64,000 nt of DNA from Octopus vulgaris (lineage: Eukaryota), in assembly GCA_951406725.2 (NCBI GenBank), contig OX597826.1, forward strand, positions 70,370,001 through 70,434,000, given 5' to 3'. Under the pieces are notes generated by a model. The model saw only the letters and a program-made list of their open reading frames with translations, did not search any database and was not told the origin of the DNA. The translations under genes were made by a program, and so were the position numbers. Positions 42,264-54,531 of this stretch are shown piece by piece; within the stretch, counting starts at the first letter, position 1; every line of letters starts with the position of its first letter.

Positions 42264-42316
42264 TCTCTCACCAGATGGAGAATCTTTTTGTTGACCTTAG
42301 CATCACAGAAAAGGTA

Positions 42317-42852
<536 letters not shown>

Positions 42853-42892
42853 CACATACATACATACATACATACATACATACATACATACA

Positions 42893-42928
<36 letters not shown>

Positions 42929-43378
42929 TATATAGAGAGAGAGAGAGATATGTGTATATCTATTTATGTATGTATGTTTTTGCATATACATACAGACACA
43001 CACATCTGCATAAAATTGGTAAAGATGACAAACATTTGACTGCCAGACGTTCACATTTATGTAATACTTCATTTATTTGGCAAGGTGCATAAATCTGCTT
43101 CCCTCAGTCTGCTTGGCTGACAACTTCTATACACTTAGTCCATATTTTTATAGCTTCAAATTGTAAGTTGCATTTAGCTTTAAAAGCAATTGCTTAAAAA
43201 AGCTTTCTAAACTATTATCGCTTCGGCAATATGCAAAGTATATATGGGCTCAAAGAACAGTCAACAGAATTTTATGGGGCAGGAATACATGCTCTCATTC
43301 AAAGGTGGAAATACATGTTCCTTTGTTGATAATTATGCCTGTCCGAAACAAAATGGCATTACTTTTTGACTCATCCTC

Positions 43379-43419
<41 letters not shown>

Positions 43420-43781
43420 CATGTGAGTGTATATACATATGTATGTACATACATATATCTATATATATACTCACATATATACACACACACACATATATAC
43501 ACATATGTATACTACACATGCACAAACACACATACATATGCACAAACACACATACATACATACAAAGCAAATTTAGTTGGGTTAGATGGTAGGGAGAAAA
43601 TGTTTGTGTTACTATTTCATTCAGTGGTGCTTCATCTTCCTCACACCAAAATATTTGGAAGTCTTGAAATTGGCCTTAAATCTTATTTTTCCAGGATCAG
43701 TGAATTAATGGTACACAATGACTACTATATGTATATACATATACATACACCTGGCTGAAACCAATACAATTTATATATGCG

Positions 43782-43863
<82 letters not shown>

Positions 43864-44177
43864 CATTGTGATGTGTGTCTAAGTGCTCCTGCCTCCTAAC
43901 AGAGAGGGAAATATAAATATATATATACATATATATAGGAATTTATTTGTAAATATAATATATGATGATTATTTGGTAGCCATGATAAAACTCTGAGTTT
44001 CGGATGTTGGGGTGTAAACCCACACCAGCATCTCTTCAGTTATTGGGCCAATGAAAAACAGCTATGAAAAGATGCCGGCGTGGGTCTCCGCCCTGACATC
44101 CAAAACTCAGAGTTTTATCATGGCTACCGAATAATTGTCACATATTACATTTACAGATATATACATACATATATATA

Positions 44178-44211
<34 letters not shown>

Positions 44212-44233
44212 ACATATATATATATATACATGT

Positions 44234-44284
<51 letters not shown>

Positions 44285-44312
44285 TATACATATATATATG
44301 TATATATATATG

Positions 44313-44382
<70 letters not shown>

Positions 44383-44847
44383 TATATAGATATAGACACA
44401 CACATGTACATTTGTGTGTATATATAATATATACACATACACATGTGTACATATATGTATGTATATGTGTATACATGTATATATGTATGCATATATATTA
44501 TACATGTATTGCATATGTACTATGTGTATGTGTCCATATACGCACACGCATTTATATATATACACGCACATATTCACATATATACACATATATAAATATG
44601 TTTAATCGGTCACAGACGTACATAAATATATGGTCATTGAATTTGGTTAGTATGTCAGTGATTCAAAAAAAAGTGTCACTTCATCTTCATGCATTCATCC
44701 ATTTTTCTTTCCAGCCCTCTTTCTCTTTCTCTCTCTCACTCTCTCTCTCTCTCATTCTCTCTCACTCTAGCTCTCTTTTTCTCTCTCTATCTTTCCCTTT
44801 CTCCCCCAACTTTCACAAACATTTCGCTGTTTTGTTTCGTAATCTAG

Positions 44848-44910
44848 ATGGACATCATACATTTCGGAATACCTTTGGTAAAATTCTCAAGGACAACAAA
44901 ATTCGTGAAG
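44848..44910 (+). CDS. Candidate cassette exon with two in-frame donors (30 nt to 44877, or 63 nt: [10 protein letters not shown][[11 protein letters not shown]])
   Basis: long CT-rich tract, aatctag| acceptor; donors TTG|gtaaaa and AAG|gtatcc; both lengths 3n and open in phase 1; TGCATG at 45080. Confidence 0.55.
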
Positions 44911-46175
44911 GTATCCTTATCATTATTATTATTATTATTAATACCTTTTTTTCCACTGCAAAGGACTGATTTTTTTTTTTTTTTTTTCTTCAACTAAAAT
45001 AGTTTATAATAAATTTTTGTCCCCCTCTTTTTTTTTTTTTTTTTCCTATGTTGCTAATTAATTTCTACTGATCCCATTTTGCATGGTATTATTTAGAATG
45101 AAATTAATTATAACGACTCAGAAATAACATTAATGCCTGTTTGATGGTTTTTTTTTTTTTTGTCTTGTAAAACATTAAACAAACAGGCAAATTAAAATAA
45201 TTAATCATTAATAAACTATGATGGAATGCAGCTTTGCTTGAAAATGAATTAAAAAAAAAAAGAAAAGAAAGAAAACTATTTTAACTATGACAAAATCAGA
45301 TACGTTTAATCTGTTAGGAAGGTTAATATCTGTTTTTATCTGTTGTTGGTTTAGTCTGTTTAATCTGTCTTAGGGTTTAATTTATCTGTTATAAGCATTA
45401 ATCTATTATAAGGTTTTTATCTTAGTTCTTTGTGGTTTCTAGAAAACATTGGGATCTCTTTTTCAGTTTTTATTTATTTTTGATTTTCTGTTAAAAGCAT
45501 TTGTAATTTTGTTCTAATTAAAAACGATAAACGTCGCCCTTTTCAAGCCTATCCAGGCTCATGGCCCCGGTTCCCCAGTTTCTGTGGTGTATGTGTTCCC
45601 CCCAGCTGGACGGGACGCCAGTCCATCGCAGCGTTACTCAAGAAACAGGAAGAGAGAGTGAGAGAAAGTTGGGGTGAAAGAGTACAACAGGGATCGTCAC
45701 CACCCCCTGCTAGAGCCTTGTAGGGCTTTTAGGTGTTTTCACTCAATAAACACACACATCGCCAGGTCTGTAAATTGAAACTGCGATCCTCTGACCGTGA
45801 GTCTGCTGCCCTAACCACTGGGCCATTGCCCCTCCACTTTGCTCTAATTACCACCAATAAAAATATTTAAACGAGAATTGTTCCCCTTTGTATGTCAGCT
45901 ATGACATCACATTTTATTTGTTAGATAAGGTGATAAAATTAGAGTTTGCAATAAAAGGTTTTGTGCAAAGTATGATATCACATTCTAATTATTCACTATA
46001 TAAGGTAATATGGTGAAGCTTTGGGCCTAAGATTTGATGCCATCTATTATGTTATGGCATTGTATAACACTGCATTTATTATATAATGTGACATGGAAAA
46101 GTCTGACATTAGAAGTGTTACATACATACAAAAATATATGGAGAAAAATAGTGTGCGCATATATATATATATATG

Positions 46176-46460
46176 TTAAAATCATAATTTAGGGTATCTA
46201 CGATATACCGCCATGCTGAAAATGGCAGCCAAAATCTGACTCTAAAACCACATTAAATGTTCATAAAGCACAAGGAGAGAAGACAAAAAGACAAAATAAA
46301 ACTAGTAAAAAATTACTGGATAATTCCAGATCCCGGATTTCTGGCTTTGCATTAAGAAATGCTTTGCCTCATCAGTGGAATATACGCAGAAAGTAAGTCA
46401 GATTTTGGCAGCTATTTTCAGCATGACGGTATCTCGTAGTACACTAAATTATAATTTTAA
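46176..46460. repeat. Fold-back element (~65-bp arms) enclosing a hammerhead-like motif
   Basis: ttaaaatcataatttag...catgctgaaaatggcagccaaaatctgact / agtcagattttggcagctattttcagcatg...ctaaattataattttaa. Confidence 0.85.
46323..46381 (-). ncRNA. Putative minimal type I hammerhead ribozyme (Penelope-type)
   Basis: minus strand: attcca CTGATGA ggc-aaa-gcatt-tctt-aatgc-aaa-gcc a GAAA tcc-g-gga TC tggaat; stems I, II and III all pair; one extra A before GAAA. Confidence 0.6.
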
Positions 46461-47212
46461 GAATAATTATTACCTTTGAAGGTTTTTATTTCCATGCTGG
46501 CCACTTGATAAGATCGATATTCAATTTAAATTAACGATCTTATCCTTATTTATATATATATATATACATATATATATACACGGACACACATATATGTATG
46601 CCTCTTCTTTCAAACTTTAACCTCTCAACACTAACATACAAAGCCACCTTCCTCTCCACTATGGTCTCACTTAGTCAAGAGACATCGCCATCTTGTGAGT
46701 TACATAGCCACCTCACTAGCGCTGGTGTCATGAGAAAGGTACTCAATACACACTATTTTGTGGTATGCATTAAAAAGGAAATCCAGTTACAGAAATCGTG
46801 CCAAAGCAGATAAAAGTGCCCAGGTTCTCCTATGACTCACAGGATCCTGTTAACCCATCCAACTTGTGCTAGTCTGGGAAACAATGTTAAATGATGTGGA
46901 GATTTGATTTTATTCCTCCTGATTTTTCATTCTAGTGGCATAACGAGATCTATTCCAGTCTTCGTTATAACACATGCACATCATTGAACTTGGCCTGTTT
47001 TTGTTTGTTGTTTGTGCAAGTTGTCTCAGACCATGATAATCAATCCAGATCCAAACGGCATATTTGCTTTTTAATTAAGCCCTTCACTCATTATGGAGCG
47101 TAAGCCATCAATGACTTCTCTCCATCGTCCTTCGTTCTGAGTTGCCCTTCTTCTCCCAGATCTTGTTGCATTGGAATTGCTTTCAGTGCTTCTGTAACTT
47201 TACTGTTTTACT

Positions 47213-47481
47213 CGGAAAAGGGTGTTTAGCTCTACACAATCTTATTCTTACCTCTTTGAAAAGGCCTCGGAAAGGGTGTTTAACTCTACACAATCTGATT
47301 CTTACCTCTTTGAAAAGGCCTCAGAAAGGGTGTTTAGCTCTACACAATCTGATTCTTACCTCTTTGAAAAGGCCTCAGAAAGGGTGTTTAGCTCTACACA
47401 ATCTGATTCTTACCTCTTTGAAAAGGCCTCAGAAAGGGTGTTTAGCTCTACACAATCTGATTCTTACCTCTTTGAAAAGGC
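47213..47481. repeat. Minisatellite, about 5 x 54 bp, inside a LINE-derived fragment (about 47085-47615)
   Basis: unit cagaaagggtgtttagctctacacaatctgattcttacctctttgaaaaggcct repeated head-to-tail without spacers. Confidence 0.92.
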
Positions 47482-49983
47482 AGTCCATCATAGTCTGATC
47501 GCTATCCTTTGATCTGTCCAACATGGGAGGCCTTACTAGGAGCTTGCACTCTGTTGAAGTAGGTCTCAGGGTCATTGAGACCCACAATCCACCACAACTA
47601 GAGCTGGACATTGTGGTGGGACCCAAAACATGCCAGCATGGGAAAATTGGCATAAAATAATGATGATATATAAGTATGAAAGTGTGTGTGTCTGTTAATT
47701 AGGTGTCATTATAAATTGTGGGTTTGTTTTTTTTTTCTTTTCTCAATTCAGTTTCCCCAACACTTCATGCGTTTTCTCAAAAACTAACAGACATTAGTCA
47801 CAGTAGTATGGCTTGTTCTAACAACAGTTAAACGACAACAAAACTAGAACAAAATGAGCAATTCAATTTTCGTTGTTATTATTGTTACTGTTACTACTAT
47901 TACTACTACAATTGCTTTTATTATCACTTACTACCACTACTATTACTGTTAGTATGAAATAACATAGAGATGACTTTTTAATTCGTTAATGAATGCATTA
48001 ACCAACACATTGCTAAATCAACATTATTGGTAAATTTATTGTTTTTGATGTTGACGATAATGACGATGACAAATATTGATGATTGTGATATTGATTTTAA
48101 TGATGTTCATGATGTTGTTGTTGTTGTTGTTGAGTGTCAAGTCAGTTCTGATTGAGCAGTAAAAAAAGTAAAGTTATCTTCCCGTGTCATGCAAACTCAT
48201 AAGGGCCAGTTTCCCAGTTCCATTGGTACATAAATTCTCCCCCTGGACAAGACACCGGTCTGCCGCAGGATCACACATATTTGCCAGCTGAGTGGACTGA
48301 GGCAATGTGAAATGAAGTGTTTTGCTCAAGAATACAATGCGTTGCCTGTTCCAGGAATTGAAACCACAATCTTACAATCATGAGTCCAACACTCTAATCA
48401 CTAAGCTAGTGATTCAGCAAGGGGACACTACTTCACTTTCTCCTTGCCATGATGGCCTAAATAACCTATTGGTTAACTACTACAATTAACCAAATAGTCC
48501 ATTGGCTACTTGGATCTAAGGTGAGAAACCCCAGGTAGTTTGACTTTGGTAACTACCAAATAAAGGGTTTCTGCATACGTGTATGTGAGTGAAAGTTAGT
48601 ATGTGTGTATGTGACTAAACATGAGAATGTGAGTATGTGTTTGAATGTGTGTGCATGTATGGAAGTGTGGAGATGCTTGTATGTAAGTATACTTCCTTGG
48701 ACTAGTCAAGCCATATAAACTGGAAAGAATTCATAGGCACAGGTGTGGATGTGTGGTAAGTAGCTTGCTTATCAACCACATGGTTCCGGGTTCAGTCCTA
48801 CTGTGTGACACCTTGGGCAAGTGTCATCTACTATAGCCTTGAGTGGATTTGGTAGATGGAAACTGAAAAAGACCTTTGTATATGTGTCTATGTGTGTGTG
48901 TTTGTCTGTGATTTCCTCCATCCTTATCGCTTGACAACCTATGCTGGTGTGTTTACATCCCCGTAACCTAGTGGTCTGGCAAAAGAGCCCGATAGAAAAA
49001 GTACTAAGCTTACAAAGAATGAGTGCTGAGACCAATTTGCTTGACTGAAGTCGGTGCTCCAGCATGGCTGCAGTCAAATGACTGAAACAAGTAAAAAAGA
49101 GAATCAAAGAAAGACAGGTGTGGTGATGTGATGTGGTGTGTGTGTGTGTGTGCAGATATTTGCATGTTTAAAACAGAGTGAAAGCAGACAAATAATTGGA
49201 CAGACGGACAAACAGTCTAACAAACAACTACAGACAGTTTTAAGACACCAGTAAATAAAAGACTAGCAAATACCAATTATCAAAGAATTTAGTTGATTTT
49301 TTTTTTTTTGTTTTTTTTTTCCTCCTGTATGCAATGAATGACTCCAGTCTAATGCTTTGATCTTTGACTTTTGACTTTTGCCTTCTAGAATGATCTTGAG
49401 TATTTCATATTATCTTGGCTAGTTGGCATGACAGTTCTTGATAATATTCTTTCTTTTATCGTGCATTGGACATCTTTGATTCAATTTTTTTTTTCCAAGA
49501 CATCTCTTTGTTGTTTTTTTTTGTTTTGATTTTTTGTTTATATATTTTTCCTTTCGATTATCTTTTATATTTATTTAATTATTGTTTTTTTTTTTTATTT
49601 GTTCTTACATGTTGATGCCAAATCTCTTTACATTCTACATAGAATTTAGAAATTTGGTTTGGTTTGATCAAGTCTTTAAATGAGACAAGAACAAAAATAT
49701 TATACCGTTATTGTTTCCCAAACAACCAAAAACTGTGAATAACTGGGGGGGGGGGGGTTATTGACCATTTTTCTTTTAGTGACCATTTTTTTATATTTCA
49801 AAAAAAAAATGTAATAAAAATAAAAAAAAACAGAAATATTTCTAATAGTAATATATTTTATGAATTTGTAAACCTAAGATCAATGTGGTGGGCATCTATC
49901 AAGGGAGGTTGACTATTCTTTCTGGTGATCAAGTTTGCATCCTACTTCTGAGTCTGACAGCAAGCTCTCAAAGATGTTAATGT

Positions 49984-50026
<43 letters not shown>

Positions 50027-50108
50027 TTAGCACCCACTCGCATATATGTGGCTGTTTTAGTACACACACACACATATATACATGTATGTCTGTGTGTGCA
50101 TATATATG

Positions 50109-50318
50109 CAGGGTGTCCCAGAAGTTGCGTACCACTGGGATTTTTTAAAAGAATACACCGTTATTGATTTCAAAAACACTTTATTGAAATTAACCGCAAC
50201 AAATGCTCGAATTGAGCTCCCTCTACGATAAAACATGCAGAAAAAAATATAATAAAATAAAATGCTTTAATTATTTTTAAGGAAAACCAGAATGTTGCAC
50301 GACTTCTAGGACACCCTG
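50109..50318. mobile_element. Tc1/mariner-type MITE
   Basis: TIRs cagggtgtcccagaagttgcg / gcacgacttctaggacaccctg, flanked by TA-rich sequence. Confidence 0.75.
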
Positions 50319-50355
<37 letters not shown>

Positions 50356-51746
50356 GAGTGGCTCCTCATTTCCAAGTATTTCTTTTTTCTTTTGTATTTC
50401 CTCATTTATGTCAGTGCCTCTGGTCACTGTCAAAACCAATTTTTTCTTGGAACAATTATCCATAAAAGGTCACATCAGATGGCCTTCTGGAGGACTAGAG
50501 TCAGCTCATCTTTTTTTCATAGCCATTCGTCTCTTACCTTTCTTTGACAATGTTCTTCAAAATGTTCTTGACCATGGCTCTGGCTAAAATTCAGTATCCA
50601 TGATCCATGTTAACATTCTCCATTTAAACTTGACTCTTTGTTCTAGAGTCTGTAGACTTTGCTAAAATAACAGGCTTTAAAACTTTAGCCTTTGTTAAAA
50701 TTTGATACCAGAGAAGCACAAGCTAAACAACAACAAAACCAACCGATTATAGACAAAGGTTACTGTTCTAGTTTTTATATCTGCTTTAAAGATGTTGATC
50801 TAGCCAAAATATGTTTTCTATATTTCGATTGTTTTGTTCTTCTTTTATTCTATTCTATTTTATTTTGTTTTGGTTTTGAGCTAAATATTGTCATCAGGAT
50901 TATAGAATAAAATTTGATTTTTAGTAAGAAACATTCAATTGACTTTAGCTATGTGAATCTCAAAAATGTTACTTTTAGGTACTTTTAGATAGATGCTGTG
51001 GCTCACACTAAAATACTTTTTCTATTTTATTTTATTTATGCTTTATTTTCACTAAAGTTAGAACATGTTTTGAGAAATTTTATAGTTGAAAAGTGAACCC
51101 TTTAGCATTTAAACTGGACATATAGAGCCCATGTGTTCTGGCAGGTTTATGTTCAAACTGACCAGATCTGACTTCTCACATCTAGCCTACAATGTCATTG
51201 TAAAAATTAACAATCACATCACTGAAATCTCAAAGCTGCAATAAAATACGATTAATTCAATACAATGGGAATAAATAACTATTATATTTGACAGAATAAT
51301 TGGAATGATACAAAGGAAACCTAAGAAAACTTCCTGAATAAAAATGGTTTTAGAATTGGTTTTTCAGGGGTATTGAGTATGAAGAATATGGTTACATTTT
51401 GATGCAGTGTCAGGTACTGCAGTGGGGTGGAGGTACCAGTGGGAGAAATAATGCATCATTGTTGTCATCAAATTGGATTTTCAAAGAAGATGTCAAGTCA
51501 AATGAAACGAAATTAGGTGAAGGATTAGCACAAGGAGATATATCGTGGGTTGTTGATTAGTTTTATAGTTCTGTCTCAATCAAAGACTTGATCAAATGAC
51601 TATCCCCTAAATTTTCATCAGCCCCAGTTATGTAGGCTCACATTGTCTAATGCATCTTTCATTACTGTTCCCAGAGGTCTGACAGACCTAAGATCAAAAC
51701 TATTCCAATCCTAACCATCCTACACTTCTATATTTAAGAGATGAGG

Positions 51747-51935
51747 AATTATGTACATTGTTTACAATTGATGGATATTTCTCCTCATCTTGTTTGTTGT
51801 TAACACAATGTTTTGGCTCATATACCCTCCAGCCCTCATCAGGTGTCTTGGGGAAATTTCGAACGGGCATATGGCATAGTGGTTAAGAGCATGGGCTACA
51901 AAGCCCAAGATTCCAAGTTCGATCCCAGGCAGTGA

Positions 51936-51974
<39 letters not shown>

Positions 51975-52122
51975 CGACATTGAAAAATACCTTAGGAATG
52001 AGAACCCAGGTTCAAAATTTCCCCAAGACACCTAATGAAGGCTGGAGGGTGTATCAGCCGAAACGTATTGACAACAAACAAGATGAGGACAAATATCCAT
52101 CAATTGTAAATTATGTACATAA
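51747..52122. mobile_element. Penelope-like inverted-repeat element with hammerhead remnants and a tRNA-like insert (about 51866-51935)
   Basis: ~115-bp inverted arms; arm consensus acac CTGATGA aggctg...cagcc GAAA cg TT gtgt; centre tggcatagtggttaagagc...gttcgatcc. Confidence 0.75.
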
Positions 52123-53549
52123 TATATCTAACCATCCTGTCAATTTGTTAAGACATAGTATATCTAGGGTTACATTGTCCACTGTATTCTCCCCTGATTT
52201 TGTTGTTTAACACCAGGCCAATCATGCTGTTGTGGGCCAATAATAATAATAGGTATTGCAAGTCTTCTGTTCAGAAATTGTCAAGTATATTAATTAACAG
52301 AGTATATTAATTAACATTTCCTTTCTTGTTGTTATTGTTTAACAATCAGTCCAGTCCTAATCTAACAGTTTTTTATCATCAAAGGTTTCCCAACCAAACC
52401 AAACCAAACCAAACCAAACCTTTTTTTTGTTTGTTTGTTTTTTCAGTCTTATTATAGTTAGTATTATAGTATTCAATATATCCTCCATTTTTAAGACAGT
52501 ACAGTGTAATTAGCTGCCACTTTTAGCAGATCAAGTGATCAAGTAGAAGCTGCCTTAGTAATTCATAAATTCATGGTGGTTGGGGGTGGGGTGGGGCATT
52601 TTTTTTTTTTTTTTTTTTTTTGTAATGATAAAACTGAACCAAAACTGGACTCTTTGAGCAGCTGGTTACTTCAAAGACATTTCTTTTCTCAGAAAAAAAG
52701 CATTCCGTAAGGGCTGTGTGTGCGTGTGTGTGAGTGTACATGTGTGTATGTATGTGTGTGTGCATGTGTGTGTATATGTGTTAATACATTTTAATACCTT
52801 TTTATTACCCTCTGCCTTTTCATTTTGATCTTTACGAAAGTTTATAAGCATATATATATATTATATATACACACACCTGTACATATATATTTATATATGC
52901 AAATGTATATATGTGTGTGTGCATATATATATATATATTTATATATATACACATACAGTCACATATACATATATATGCACATATACATGTATATATGTAC
53001 ATATGTATATATATACATATATATATTATTGAAATGTTAAATACACTACAGTGTCGCCATCTATTGATCATCCAACCCTCTGCATGTCTTATTAATATAT
53101 CATCACCTCCTTCACTTCCCCCTACACATCCTCCACCTTCACCTCTTTTACCTGCCACTTTTTTCTTGTATTTTTTTTTATTTATTTATTTATTTTCTTG
53201 ACCTCATCTTCATGTCGTTATCGTCGTCGCCACCAACCACCACCACCACCACCACCATCACCCTCTCACTTTATTTCACGTCAAAACTTGCACCCGTCAT
53301 CTTTGTATCGGTCGTCACTTTGTCATCACCGTCATTGCTGTTGTTGTCGTCGTTGTTGTTGTTGTTAGCTATGCACCTGCACCTCTTTCAAACTTTTTTT
53401 CTAAGCACTTGTTAATCTTTTTTATATAGTGACCATCACCTGAGAATTCAAGTCTAATTGTAGACAGACTCTCTCACCAAACCTTATTTGATATTATCAC
53501 ATTTCACCTTTTTCTTCTCCTGCTTCTTATAATTATATATATATATATA

Positions 53550-53556
53550 TTATTAC

Positions 53557-53616
<60 letters not shown>

Positions 53617-53655
53617 TACTATTACTATTACTATTACTATTACTATTACTATTAC

Positions 53656-53697
<42 letters not shown>

Positions 53698-53808
53698 CTA
53701 TTATTATTATTACTATTATTATTATTATTACTATTACTATTACTATTACTATTACTATTACTATTACTATTACTATTATTATTATTATTATTATTATTAT
53801 TACTACTG
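53550..53808. repeat. (ATT)n/(ACTATT)n microsatellite; similar tracts at 8753-8872, 18500-18660, 19403-19520, 21452-21557, 32545-32660
   Basis: direct inspection; source of the poly-N/L/I ORFs. Confidence 0.95.
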
Positions 53809-54488
53809 GTATTGCCTTTTCTCTGATGTTGTTCTCATTAATTATTTCTGTCATTTTCTGAGGTTTAGTTTTTTTGCTTTTGTTTCATTTTGGGGAGGGT
53901 TACATTACTATAGCTATTCTTTTTTTTTAGCATTATTATTAGTATTATTATTATTGTGAAGGCACATGGCTCAGTGGTTAGAGCGTCGAGCTTACAATCA
54001 TGAGGTTGTGAGTTCGAATTCCAGACCAGGCTGCGTGTTGTGTTCTTGAGCAAGACATTTTATTTCACATTGCTCCAGTTCACTCAGGTGCCAAGCTGTA
54101 TCGGCCCCTTTGCCTTTCCCTTGGATAACACTGGTGGTGTGGAGAGGGGAGGCTGGTATGCATGGGTGACTGCTGATCTTCCGTAAACAACCTTACCCGG
54201 ACTTGTGCCTGGGAGGGTAACTTTCGAGGTGCAATTCCATGGTCAGGCATGGCCGAAGGGGGTTTCATTATTATTATTATTATTATTATCAAAGGTGGTG
54301 GTCAGCAACTTGGCAGAATTGTTAGCATGCCGGACAAAATGCTTAGAGGCATGTCATCTGTCTTTATGTTCTGAGTTTAAATTTTGACCTAGGGGTCGGT
54401 AAAATTAGTAGCAGTCAAGCATTGGAGTTGATGTAATTGACTTACACTTCTCTTCTGATCATTCTGCTCTTGTGGCAAAATTTGAAAC

Positions 54489-54531
<43 letters not shown>

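Noticed and set aside
44107-44969. Long YIYI-type ORFs here and throughout the window
   Set aside because: Produced by (TA)n/(CA)n/(ATT)n microsatellites that lack stop codons.
47213-47481. CRISPR-like array
   Set aside because: Head-to-tail identical units with no unique spacers, eukaryotic context and no cas genes.
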